From: an uncultured Candidatus Rokubacteria bacterium
GTDB taxonomy: Bacteria; Methylomirabilota; Methylomirabilia; Rokubacteriales; DASRDR01
Length of the DNA: 64,000 nt
Reading direction: 5' to 3'
NCBI GenBank assembly: GCA_963708025.1
Contig: CAVPSB010000037.1
Span: 10,200-74,199, forward strand
Positions 9,346 to 18,398 of the stretch are shown one piece after another. Position 1 is the first letter of the stretch. Every line of letters starts with the position of its first letter. The notes under the pieces are model-generated. The model saw only the letters and a program-made list of their open reading frames with translations. It did no database searches and was not told the DNA's origin. Made by a program: the position numbers and the translations under genes.

Positions 9346-10554
9346 GTGAGGCCGCTCGCGGACGTCCGCATCCTCGCGCTCGAGCAGTACGGCGCCGGCC
9401 CGTTCGGGACACTCCACCTCGCCGACCTGGGCGCCGAGGTCATCAAGATCGAGGAGCCCACGACCGGCGGAGACGTCTCCCGCTACGTGCCGCCCGGCCA
9501 GGCGGGCGAGGACAGCCTCTTCTTCGAGACCTTCAACCGCAACAAGCGGAGCCTGTCGCTCGACCTCGGGACCGCGGCCGGCCGGCGGGTCTTCGAGGAC
9601 CTGGTGCGCGTCTCCGACGTCGTGTACTCGAACCTCCGGGGCGACGTCCCGGGGCGGCTCCGCATCCGGTACGCGGACCTCCGGTCCCTGAACCCGGCGA
9701 TCGTCTGCTGCTCGCTCTCGGGGTTCGGCATGACCGGCCCCCGCCGGAGCGAGCCGGCCTACGACTACCTCCTCCAGGGGCTGGCCGGCTGGATGAGCCT
9801 CACCGGCGAGCCCGACGGGCCGCCGACCAAGTCGGGGCTGTCGCTGGTGGACTACTGCGGCGGCTTCGTCGGCGCGCTGGCCGTCCTGGCCGGGGTCCAC
9901 GCCGCGCGGCGCGACGGCGTGGGCATGGACTGCGACCTCGCCCTCTTTGACACCGCGGTGAGCCTCCTCACGTACGTGGGGACCTGGTATCTCACCGCCG
10001 GCGTCGAGCCGAGGCGCGCCCCCCACTCCGCCCATCCCTCGCTGGTGCCCTTCCAGAACTTCCAGACGGCCGACGGCTGGATCGTGGTGGCCTGCCCCAA
10101 GGAGAAGTTCTGGCGGCGTCTCTGCGAGGCGATCGGCCAGCCCGGGCTGGCCGACGACCCGCGCTTCGCCGACTTCGCCGCCCGGCACGCCCACGCCGGC
10201 GAGCTGCGGGATCTCCTGGGCAAGGCCTTCGCGGCGGCGGCCTCGGCCGAGTGGCTCGAGCGCCTCGCGGCTGGCGGCGTGCCGTGCGCCCCGGTGCACT
10301 CGGTCGCGGAGGCCCTGGCCGACCCGCAGACGGTGGCGCGAGGCCTCGTGGTGGAGACGGCCCACCCGCGCTTCGGCACGGTGCGGCAGCTCCGGAGCCC
10401 CGTCCGCGTCGGCGGCGAGCCCCCGCCCGACCGGCGGGCCCCGCGGCGCCACGAGGACGGCGACGGACTCCTGGCGGCGCTGCTCGGCTACGACCGCGAC
10501 CGGATCGCCACCCTCGCGGCCGGCGGCGCCTTCGGCGTTCCGCCGCCCGCGTGA
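9346..10554 (+). CDS. CaiB/BaiF family III CoA-transferase
   Basis: AGPFGTLHLADLGAEVIKIE, NRNKRSLSLDL, AYD motifs. Confidence 0.93.
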   Translation: MRPLADVRILALEQYGAGPFGTLHLADLGAEVIKIEEPTTGGDVSRYVPPGQAGEDSLFFETFNRNKRSLSLDLGTAAGRRVFEDLVRVSDVVYSNLRGDVPGRLRIRYADLRSLNPAIVCCSLSGFGMTGPRRSEPAYDYLLQGLAGWMSLTGEPDGPPTKSGLSLVDYCGGFVGALAVLAGVHAARRDGVGMDCDLALFDTAVSLLTYVGTWYLTAGVEPRRAPHSAHPSLVPFQNFQTADGWIVVACPKEKFWRRLCEAIGQPGLADDPRFADFAARHAHAGELRDLLGKAFAAAASAEWLERLAAGGVPCAPVHSVAEALADPQTVARGLVVETAHPRFGTVRQLRSPVRVGGEPPPDRRAPRRHEDGDGLLAALLGYDRDRIATLAAGGAFGVPPPA

Positions 10555-10567
10555 CGGAGTCGAGCCC

Positions 10568-11719
10568 ATGGACTTCGAGCTGAGCGAGGAGCAGCAGCTC
10601 TTCCGCAAGACCCTCCGGGACTTCGTCCGCGACCGGATCGCCCCGGTGGCGCGGGAGTGGGAGCAGGCGGGCCGGTATCCGACCGAGATCGTCGAGGGCA
10701 TGAAGGGGCTGGGGCTCTTCGGCCTGACGGTCCCCGAGGCGTACGGCGGGCTGGCCGTCGATCTCGTCTCCTACGCCATCGCGTTCGAGGAGATCGCCCG
10801 GGGGTGGATGGGGATCGCCGGCATCCTCGGCAGCCACTCCCTGGCCTGCTGGCTGCTGGCGCGGCACGGGACGGAGGCGCAGCGGGGGCGCTGGCTCCCC
10901 GACCTCGCGACCGGCCGGCGGCGGTCGGGGCTGGCCCTGACCGAGCCGGGGGTGGGGAGCGATCTCCAGGCGATCACGACGCGCGCCGTCCGGGACGGCG
11001 ACGCCTACGTGCTCAGCGGGACCAAGATGTGGATCACGAACGCGCGCCACGCCGATCCCCTCCCGGTCCTCTGCGTGACCGATCCGGCGGCGGCGCCGCG
11101 CCATCGCGGCATCAGCGTGCTGATGGTCGAGGCCGGCACCCCGGGGTTCACGGTGGGCCGTGACCTGGGTAAGCTCGGCTACAAGGGCACCGAGTCGTGC
11201 GAGGTCCACTTCGAGTCCGCCCGGGTCCCGGCGGCCAACCTCCTCGGCGGCGCCGAGGGGCAGGGCTTCCGGCAGGTCATGACCGTGCTCGAGATCGGCC
11301 GCCTCAACGTCGCCGGGCGCAGCATCGGCATCGCCCAGGCCGCCTGCGACGCCGCGCTCCGCTACTCGCGCGAGCGTCACGCCTTCGGTCAGCCCATCGG
11401 CGACTTCCAGGCCGTGCAGCTCAAGCTCGCCGACATGGCCACCGGGATCCAGGCCGCCCGGCTCCTCACGTGGTGGGCCGCCGCCCGCACGGACCGCGGG
11501 GAGCGGGCCGACGCCGAGACCGCGATGGCCAAGCTCTTCGCCTCCGAGCTCGCCCTCCGGGCCGCGCTCGACTCGATGCGGATCCACGGCGGCTACGGCT
11601 ACTCGACGGAGTTCGAGGTGGAGCGCCTCTACCGGGACGCCCCGCTGATGGCGATCGGCGAGGGCACCAACGACATCCTGCGGGTCCTGATCGCCCGCGC
11701 CCTCGCCCGGGAGGCCTGA
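10568..11719 (+). CDS. Acyl-CoA dehydrogenase
   Basis: ALTEPGVGSD, GTKMWITN, HGGYGY, IGEGTNDI. Confidence 0.95.
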   Translation: MDFELSEEQQLFRKTLRDFVRDRIAPVAREWEQAGRYPTEIVEGMKGLGLFGLTVPEAYGGLAVDLVSYAIAFEEIARGWMGIAGILGSHSLACWLLARHGTEAQRGRWLPDLATGRRRSGLALTEPGVGSDLQAITTRAVRDGDAYVLSGTKMWITNARHADPLPVLCVTDPAAAPRHRGISVLMVEAGTPGFTVGRDLGKLGYKGTESCEVHFESARVPAANLLGGAEGQGFRQVMTVLEIGRLNVAGRSIGIAQAACDAALRYSRERHAFGQPIGDFQAVQLKLADMATGIQAARLLTWWAAARTDRGERADAETAMAKLFASELALRAALDSMRIHGGYGYSTEFEVERLYRDAPLMAIGEGTNDILRVLIARALAREA

Positions 11720-11724
11720 GCGCC

Positions 11725-11845
11725 TGTGAAGCGATCGGTTCCTCCGGCTCCCCCCTCCCCCACGGCCAAAGGCCGAAGGCCGTCGAAAGGTAGGGGAGGG
11801 GGGCCAAAGGCCGAAGGCCGTCGAAGGATCGGGTGGGCGGGAGGA
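11725..11845 (+). repeat. Palindromic repeat family, long copy with two GGCCGAAGGCC units
   Basis: GGCCAAAGGCCGAAGGCCGTCGAA twice; C-tract/G-tract stem. Confidence 0.85.
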
Positions 11846-11850
11846 GATCG

Positions 11851-12843
11851 ATGACCTCCACCGCGCGCATCATCGACGTCCACGCCCACGTGACGCCGCT
11901 GCGCTTCCAGCGGGCGGTCCTCTCCGGCTCCGACTGGTTCGGGATGACCCCGGCCGACGGCGAGCTCGGCAACATCCGGAACCGCTGGGGTCCGGCCCAG
12001 CGCATCGAGGCGATGGACGCGGCCCTGGTCGACGTCCAGCTCCTGTCGCCGACCGACTGCTTCTACCAGTACCACCGCGAGCCCTCCGTCACCGCGCGTA
12101 TCGCCGCCGAGTGCAACGACGAGGTCGCGGCGATGGTGCGGGATCACCCGGCGCGCTTCATGGGGCTGGGGACCTTGCCGATGCAGGACCCGGACCTGGC
12201 GGTGGCCGAGATGGAGCGCGGCCGGCGCCAGCTCGGACTCAGCGGCTTCATGATCGACGACCACGTCAACGGGCTGACCCACGACCACGACCTGTTCGAC
12301 CCGTTCTGGGCCGCCGCCGAGGCCCTGGGGGCGTTCGTCTTCGTGCACCAGGGCGCGCCCACCTCCGTGACCTACCGGACGCAGAGCTACTTCCTGCTCA
12401 ACTCGGTAGGGAACCTCGTGGATCGCACGCTGACATATGGCTGTCTGGTCTACGGCGGCGTCATGGACCGATACCCGGCGCTCACGGTGTGCCTGGCCCA
12501 CGCCGGCGGGTACGTCCCCTACGCCATGGACCGCATGGACCACGGCTGGAAGGTCCGGCCGGCTTCGCGGGGCCGATCCCGCGACGTGCCGAGCAGCTAT
12601 CTCCGGCGCTTCTACTACGACACCGTGACGTACACCGACCGGAACCTCCGGACGCTGGTCGACATGGTGGGGGCCGACCGCGTGGTCTTCGGAACCGACT
12701 GGCCCGCGCCCATGGCGGTCGAGGACGCGGTCCGCCGCATCCGGTCATCGACCGCGCTGACCGACGAGGAGCGACGCTTGATCCTGACGGACAACACGGA
12801 GCGGATCTTCGCCAGCACCGGCGCCGCCGCCGGCCGGGGCTGA
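11851..12843 (+). CDS. Amidohydrolase_2 family protein (ACMSD-like)
   Basis: IDVHAH, FVH, AHAGG, FYYDT, FGTDWP. Confidence 0.9.
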   Translation: MTSTARIIDVHAHVTPLRFQRAVLSGSDWFGMTPADGELGNIRNRWGPAQRIEAMDAALVDVQLLSPTDCFYQYHREPSVTARIAAECNDEVAAMVRDHPARFMGLGTLPMQDPDLAVAEMERGRRQLGLSGFMIDDHVNGLTHDHDLFDPFWAAAEALGAFVFVHQGAPTSVTYRTQSYFLLNSVGNLVDRTLTYGCLVYGGVMDRYPALTVCLAHAGGYVPYAMDRMDHGWKVRPASRGRSRDVPSSYLRRFYYDTVTYTDRNLRTLVDMVGADRVVFGTDWPAPMAVEDAVRRIRSSTALTDEERRLILTDNTERIFASTGAAAGRG

Positions 12844-12870
12844 CGGAGACTCCCCGAAGATCTCAGAGGG

Positions 12871-12920
12871 TGTGAAGGAATCGGGTCCTCCGGCTCGGGG
12901 GGTGGGAGGGAGGTCCCGAA
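12871..12920 (+). repeat. Palindromic repeat family, minimal copy
   Basis: TCGGGTCCTCC...GGAGGTCCCGA inverted arms; CCCGAAGATCTCAG occurs at 12853 and 12915. Confidence 0.75.
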
Positions 12921-12924
12921 GATC

Positions 12925-13485
12925 TCAGCGACCCAGGACGAGGCGACGGACCTCGGCGGCGGCGGCGGAGACCGCCGCCGGGTCCCGGAAGTTGGTGGTG
13001 TTCATGAACCGCTCGGTCAGCGTCTCGAGCCGGAGGATGAGGTTCCCGGTCACCTGGGATCCGGTGATGATGCCCTGCGTGACGGCCGAGATGCCGGCCT
13101 CGCAGGCGATGTCGGTCTGGCCGGTCAGCGGCTTCTCGGATCCCGTCTCGCTGGGCCGGGAAAGCCCGCTCACCCGGACACGCTGGGCATTGTCGGAGGC
13201 CTGGAAGACGACGGCCAGGGTCAGCCCCTTCGCGTCCGGGACGGACCAGTTGCCGAAGGCGTCGCTCATGCCCTGGGCCACCACCGGCACACCGGGTTGA
13301 TTCAGGTCGAGCACGACGAACCGGGAGTTGGCGACGGGACCGCCCCCGACCAGCTCCGGGAACGTCGCGGTGCCGCGGAGCGTCGACTGGGAACCCGAGC
13401 CGCCGCCGCCGCAGCCCAGCGTGACGAGCAGACAGAAAACGACCAGCGAGCCAGCCGTGGCCGACCGACGCACGCCCCCCCGCAT
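12925..13485 (-). CDS. Putative lipoprotein
   Basis: Signal peptide with lipobox-like TLGC followed by a Gly linker. Confidence 0.65.
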   Translation of the reverse strand: MRGGVRRSATAGSLVVFCLLVTLGCGGGGSGSQSTLRGTATFPELVGGGPVANSRFVVLDLNQPGVPVVAQGMSDAFGNWSVPDAKGLTLAVVFQASDNAQRVRVSGLSRPSETGSEKPLTGQTDIACEAGISAVTQGIITGSQVTGNLILRLETLTERFMNTTNFRDPAAVSAAAAEVRRLVLGR

Positions 13486-13516
13486 GACCTTCCCCCCGTG
13501 AGCGAGAGCGTCAGGG

Positions 13517-14410
13517 TCATGGGTCCACCGTTCCCTCCCGAGGACCCGCGGACAAGACACCCCGACAGGGTACGGCAGGCGATACGGCTACACCAAGGAA
13601 CCTGTCAAGCGAGGGCGAGGCAGAGGGCGGGCGGTCAATGCGTCGCGGCGGGGGGCGGCGCCCCGTCGTGACCGGCATGGACCCCGCCGTCCCGGACCGG
13701 TAGTCGAAGCCAACCGGCGCGTCGGATCGTCCGCCGCGCGGCTCCGGGGCGAGGTTCAAGCTCTCCTTGACCGGCGCGGTGTGCTCGCGCATGAGCGCCT
13801 CCGCCCGCGCGCCTTCGCCGGCTTCGAGCGCCTCGACGATCGCGTGATGCTGGCGGTGAGCGTACCGGAGGATGTCGAACATCGAGGCCTTGTCGAGCCG
13901 GTCGAAGGCCACCGCCCGGGCGGCCGCGAACGGCACGTGGTCGTTCCGGGCGAGGGCGTCGGCGATGGCGCGGCTGCCGGCGGTCTCGACGACGAGCGCG
14001 TGAAAGCGCCCGTTCAGCTCGCTGTATCGCGACTCGTCGGTCTCGAGCAGGTGGCCGCGGGCGAAGATCTCGTCACCGTCCGCCAGGCAGCGTCGCAGCT
14101 CCCGCAAGAGGTCCGGTGACGCGCCGCGCTCGGCCACCAGGCGGGCGGCCAGCCCTTCCAGCACCCCCCGCACGTCGAGCGCCTCGAGAACGTCGCGGGC
14201 GCTGAAGGCGCGGACCACGTAGCCGCGCGCGCCCGCGGGGGCAAGGAGCCCTTCCCGGGCCAGAGCGGGGAGCGCCTGCCGGATCGGCGTGCGCGAGACG
14301 CCGAGTCGCTCGGCCAGGGCGACCTCCCCGAGCCGCTCCCCGGGCGCCAGGTCGCCCCGCAGGATCATCTCCCGCAGCTCCACGACGATGCGCGACTCTC
14401 GGGTGGCCAT
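13517..14410 (-). CDS. GntR/FCD transcriptional regulator, VanR-like (true 3' end uncertain)
   Basis: LREMILRGDLAPGERL..LGVSRTPIRQAL HTH; NGRFH and QHHAIVEAL FCD motifs. Confidence 0.88.
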   Translation of the reverse strand: MATRESRIVVELREMILRGDLAPGERLGEVALAERLGVSRTPIRQALPALAREGLLAPAGARGYVVRAFSARDVLEALDVRGVLEGLAARLVAERGASPDLLRELRRCLADGDEIFARGHLLETDESRYSELNGRFHALVVETAGSRAIADALARNDHVPFAAARAVAFDRLDKASMFDILRYAHRQHHAIVEALEAGEGARAEALMREHTAPVKESLNLAPEPRGGRSDAPVGFDYRSGTAGSMPVTTGRRPPPRRIDRPPSASPSLDRFLGVAVSPAVPCRGVLSAGPREGTVDP

Positions 14411-14436
14411 GTCTCTCTGCCGCTCGGCGGCGCCGT

Positions 14437-14498
14437 TTGTATCCATTCATGCCATACGAGCCGTCATCCGGCCACGTCGTGGGCTGGTTTGGATCCAA
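14437..14498. promoter_or_regulatory. Two vanO-like operator boxes
   Basis: TTGGATCCAA (14489-14498) and TTGTATCCAT (14437-14446); core matches Caulobacter VanR operator ATTGGATCCAAT. Confidence 0.65.
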
Positions 14499-14617
14499 CT
14501 TTTCGGTTAGAGTAGCCATCCGAGGCCCCAACGGTCAAGAGCGGGAGGGTGGGACGCCGGCCCCGCGGTCCGGGAACCCGACCCCACGCGGCGGAGGTCC
14601 CGGCAAGGAGACCCGAC

Positions 14618-15740
14618 ATGCACGCGAGATCGATTCCACCATTTCGCGCCGACCACGTCGGCAGCCTGCTGCGGCCGCCCGAGCTGCTGGCGGCCCGGGA
14701 CCGGTACGCGCGCGAGGAGATCCCCGCGGCCGAGCTCCGCCAGGCGGAGGACCGCTCGATCCGCGACGCGGTGCGGCTTCAGGAAGAGCTGGGGTTCCGG
14801 GCCGCCACGGACGGCGAGCACCGGCGGACGTTCTTCCACATCGACTTCCTCGAGAAGCTGGAGGGGGTCGCGGTGCGGGGCGGGCTGGCGACGCGGTTCC
14901 ACGGCGCGAAGGGTGACGTGGACTTCGCCCCGCCCCGCCTGGAAGTGACCGGCAAGCTCCGCCGCGTCCGGCCGATCCAGCTCGAGGACTTCCGCTACCT
15001 CCAGTCGGTGGCGCGCGTGGTTCCCGAAGGTCTGCATCCCCTCGCCGACCATGGTACATTTCCGCGGAGGGCGGGGGGCGATCAGCCGCGAGGCGTACCC
15101 GGACCTGGAGGAGTTCTTCGGCGACCTGGCCCGCTGCTACCGGGAAGAGCTCGCCGACCTGGCCGGCGCCGGCTGCCGGTATGTCCAGCTCGACGACACC
15201 AACCTGGCCTACCTCTGCGATCCGAAGCTCCGCGAGGGGGCGCGGGAGCGGGGCGACGATCCCGAGGCGCTGCCGCGCCGGTACGCCCGGCTCATCAACG
15301 CGGCGCTGCGCGATCGCCCGGCCGGCCTCACCGTGGGCATCCACCTGTGCCGCGGTAACTTCAAGAGCGCCTGGGTCGCCGAGGGAGGCTACGAGCCGGT
15401 GGCCGAGGTCCTCTTCAACGAGCTCGACGTTGACGGGTACTTCCTGGAGTACGACGACCATCGATCGGGGGACTTCGCCCCGCTCCGGTTCGTCCCGCGC
15501 GGCAAGAAGCTGGTGGTGCTCGGGCTCGTCACCTCCAAGGTGGGCGCACTCGAGCCGAAGGCCGAGCTGGCGCGGCGAATCCAGGACGCCGGCCGCTACG
15601 TGCCGCTGGAGCAGCTCGCGCTGAGCCCCCAGTGCGGCTTCTCCAGCACGGTGCACGGGAACCAGGTGACCTTCGAGGAGCAGCGGGCGAAGCTCGGGCT
15701 GGTGGTGGAGACCGCGGCCGAGGTCTGGGGCTCTCTCTGA
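14618..15740 (+). CDS. Cobalamin-independent methionine synthase family, catalytic domain only; frameshift near 15025
   Basis: PFRADHVGSLLRP, TDGEHRR, HLCRGN, LEYD, SPQCGF (Zn ligands intact). Confidence 0.88.
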
Positions 15741-15745
15741 GAGCC

Positions 15746-15843
15746 TGAAGGACTCGGGTCTTCGGCTCCCGCTCCCCCCGGCCACAGGCCGAAGGCCGTG
15801 AAGGGTGGGGGAGGGGGGCTGGGGGGGTAGGCGGGAGGCCCGA
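15746..15843 (+). repeat. Palindromic repeat family copy
   Basis: CTCCCCCCGGCCACAGGCCGAAGGCCGT..GGGTGGGGGAGGGGGGCTGGGGGGGTAGG..GGGAGG. Confidence 0.88.
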
Positions 15844-15859
15844 TCAGGAGGACGCCGTC

Positions 15860-16513
15860 ATGGCGATCGACGTCGAGAAGCTGAGGCGGACGGGGACGCC
15901 GAGCGACCTGCCGTTCTCGATCCGGAAGATCGGACACGTCGTCCTCCGCGCCTCCGACCTCCAGCGCTCGGTTGACTTCTACACGAAGGTGCTCGGGTTC
16001 GAGATCTCCGACGTCTACCCCGAGGAGATGGTGCCGGGCGGGATGGTCTTCATGCGCTGCAACGCGGACCACCACGGCGTCGCCCTCGTGGGCGGCATGT
16101 CCGGTCCCGCCGCCAAACGGGAGCTCGACCACTTCGCGTTCGAGGTCGCCACGCTCGACGAGGTATTCCGTGCCCGCCGGCACCTGCGGGAGCGCGGGGT
16201 GCCCGTCGTCTTCGAAGGCCGCCGCCGGGCCGGCGTGCAGATCGCCATCGAGTTCAACGACCCCGACGGGCACCACCTCGAGATCTACTGGGGGGTGGAC
16301 CAGGTCGGCCCCGACGGCCGGGTCCGCCCCGCCGCGGAGTGGCGGGGCGCCAAGACGCTGGAGGAGGCGGTGGCGAACCCCGTGCCCGGCCAGCATCCGG
16401 CGCTCTCCGACCCAACCCTCCTCCAACCGGGGGCCATCGTTCCGGCCCCCCCCTCCCCCCCGGCCACAGGCCGAAGGCCGTCGAAGGGTGGGGGAGGGGG
16501 GCTGGGGGGGTAG
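15860..16513 (+). CDS. VOC family protein (glyoxalase/extradiol dioxygenase-like)
   Basis: IGHVVL, DHHGVAL, LDHFAFEV, DPDGHHLEIY; repeat-derived C-terminal tail. Confidence 0.85.
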   Translation: MAIDVEKLRRTGTPSDLPFSIRKIGHVVLRASDLQRSVDFYTKVLGFEISDVYPEEMVPGGMVFMRCNADHHGVALVGGMSGPAAKRELDHFAFEVATLDEVFRARRHLRERGVPVVFEGRRRAGVQIAIEFNDPDGHHLEIYWGVDQVGPDGRVRPAAEWRGAKTLEEAVANPVPGQHPALSDPTLLQPGAIVPAPPSPPATGRRPSKGGGGGLGG

Positions 16514-16527
16514 GAGGGAGGTCCCGA
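16445..16527 (+). repeat. Palindromic repeat family copy overlapping the VOC 3' end
   Basis: Near-identical to 15772-15843. Confidence 0.88.
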
Positions 16528-17235
16528 ATGACGGCCCTCGTGGTGAGCGCGCACGCGGCGGACTTCGTCTGGCGCTGCGCCGGCGCGATCGCTCTGTACG
16601 CCCGGCGCGGTTACGAGGTCACCATCCTGTGCCTGTCCTACGGCGAGCGCGGCGAGTCGGCCAAGCTCTGGCGCGAGCCGGGGATGACCCTGGAGCGGGT
16701 CAAGCAGAGTCGCCACCAGGAGGCGCAGGCGGCGGCGGACGTCCTGGGGGGGCGGCTCGTCACGTTCGACGCCGGCGACTACCCGCTCCGGCTCACCGAC
16801 GAGCTGTTCGCCCGGCTGGTCGACCTGTACCGGGACGTCCGCCCGGCGTTCGTGCTGACCCACGCGCTCGAGGACCCCTACAACCGCGACCACCCGGACG
16901 CCGCGCGGCTGGCCCAGGAGGCGCGCATCGTCGCCCAGGCGCACGGCCACCGGCCAGAGCAGAAGGTGATCGGCGCGCCGCCCGTGTTCCTGTTCGAGCC
17001 CCACCAGCCGGAGCAGTGCAACTTCCGGCCGCAGGTGCTGCTCGCGATCGACGAGGTGTGGGAGGTCAAGCGGAAGGCGATGGAGTGCATGGCGGCCCAG
17101 GAGCACTTGTGGGAGTACTACACGCGCGTCGCGCTGCAGCGAGGCGTGCAGGCCGCCCGCAACTCGGACCGCCAGGTGAAGTACGCCGAGGCCTACCAGC
17201 GGATCTACCCCCAGGTCACGGACGCCCTGGCATGA
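16528..17235 (+). CDS. galB: 4-oxalomesaconate hydratase (PIG-L family)
   Basis: ALVVSAHAADFVWR, SYGERGESAKLW, DPYNRDH, FEPHQPEQC. Confidence 0.82.
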   Translation: MTALVVSAHAADFVWRCAGAIALYARRGYEVTILCLSYGERGESAKLWREPGMTLERVKQSRHQEAQAAADVLGGRLVTFDAGDYPLRLTDELFARLVDLYRDVRPAFVLTHALEDPYNRDHPDAARLAQEARIVAQAHGHRPEQKVIGAPPVFLFEPHQPEQCNFRPQVLLAIDEVWEVKRKAMECMAAQEHLWEYYTRVALQRGVQAARNSDRQVKYAEAYQRIYPQVTDALA

Positions 17236-17246
17236 ACGGCGGACCG

Positions 17247-18386
17247 ATGGGGCAGACCCGGATTCCCTGCCTGATGATGCGAGGCGGCACCTCGAAGGGT
17301 GCGTACTTCCTCGCCGCCGACGTCCCCGCGGATCCCGCGCGGCTCGAGCGGGTCCTGCTCGCCGTCATGGGCTCGCCCGACCGGCGGCAGATCGACGGGC
17401 TGGGCGGCGCGGATCCGCTGACCAGCAAGGTGGCCATCGTCGGCCCGCCGACCCGGGCCGACGCCGACGTTGACTACCTGTTCGCGCAGGTGGTCGTTGA
17501 CGAGCCGCGGATCGACCTCAACCAGAACTGCGGGAACCTCCTGGCCGGGGTGGCGCCGTTCGCGATCGAGCGCGGCCTGGTCGAGGCACGCGAGGGCGAG
17601 ACGCGGGTCCGCATCCACATGGTCAACAGCGCGAGCCTGGCCGAGGCCACCGTGCAGACGCCGGACGGGCGCGTCCGGTACGACGGCGAGGCCCGCATCG
17701 ACGGCGTGCCGGGGACGCACGCCCCGGTGCTGATCGACTTCCTGGACGTCGCCGGCTCGTCCTGCGGCGCCCTGCTGCCGACCGGCAACGCCGTTGACGT
17801 TCTCGATGGCGTCCCCTGCACGCTGATCGACAACGGGATGCCGGTGGTCGTGGTGGCGGCGGCCGCCCTCGGCCGCACGGGCTACGAGTCCAAGCCGGAG
17901 CTGGACGCGGACGACGAGCTCAAGCGTCGCGTCGAGGCGGTCCGCCTGAAGGCGGGACCGCTGATGAACCTGGGCGACGTCGCGCGGAAGAACGTGCCGA
18001 AGGTGTCGCTGGTGGCGCCGCCCCGGGCGGGCGGCGCCCTGTGCACCCGGACCTTCATTCCCCGCGACTGCCACGCGGCGATCGGCGTGCTCGGCGCGGT
18101 GACGGTGGCGGCCGCCTGCGTGTGGCCGGGCTCGGTCGCGGCCGGGGTGGCGGTGGTGCCCGCCGGCGCCCGCAAGCGCCTGGCGATCGAGCACCCCAGC
18201 GGCGAGTTCACCGTCGAGCTGGACGTCGAGGAAGCCGGCGGCCGTCCCCGGCTCCGGCGCTCGGCGCTGCTGCGGACCGCCCGGCTCCTGTTCGACGGCT
18301 ACGTGCACGTGCCGGCCGGCGTCTGGGACGGCCGGAGCGGTCGGCCGGGGCCGGAGCAGCGGGCGGCCGCGGCGCCGGGACGCTGA
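17247..18386 (+). CDS. galD: 4-oxalomesaconate tautomerase (PrpF family)
   Basis: MRGGTSKG, QIDGLGGADPLTSKVAI, NCGN, EHPSG, LLRTAR. Confidence 0.87.
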   Translation: MGQTRIPCLMMRGGTSKGAYFLAADVPADPARLERVLLAVMGSPDRRQIDGLGGADPLTSKVAIVGPPTRADADVDYLFAQVVVDEPRIDLNQNCGNLLAGVAPFAIERGLVEAREGETRVRIHMVNSASLAEATVQTPDGRVRYDGEARIDGVPGTHAPVLIDFLDVAGSSCGALLPTGNAVDVLDGVPCTLIDNGMPVVVVAAAALGRTGYESKPELDADDELKRRVEAVRLKAGPLMNLGDVARKNVPKVSLVAPPRAGGALCTRTFIPRDCHAAIGVLGAVTVAAACVWPGSVAAGVAVVPAGARKRLAIEHPSGEFTVELDVEEAGGRPRLRRSALLRTARLLFDGYVHVPAGVWDGRSGRPGPEQRAAAAPGR

Positions 18387-18398
18387 CCGGGCGCCGCC

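Noticed and set aside
8806-10701. Long antisense ORFs (also 17205..19811, 46787..48688 and others)
   Set aside because: Shadows of high-GC3 sense genes with no recognisable motifs.
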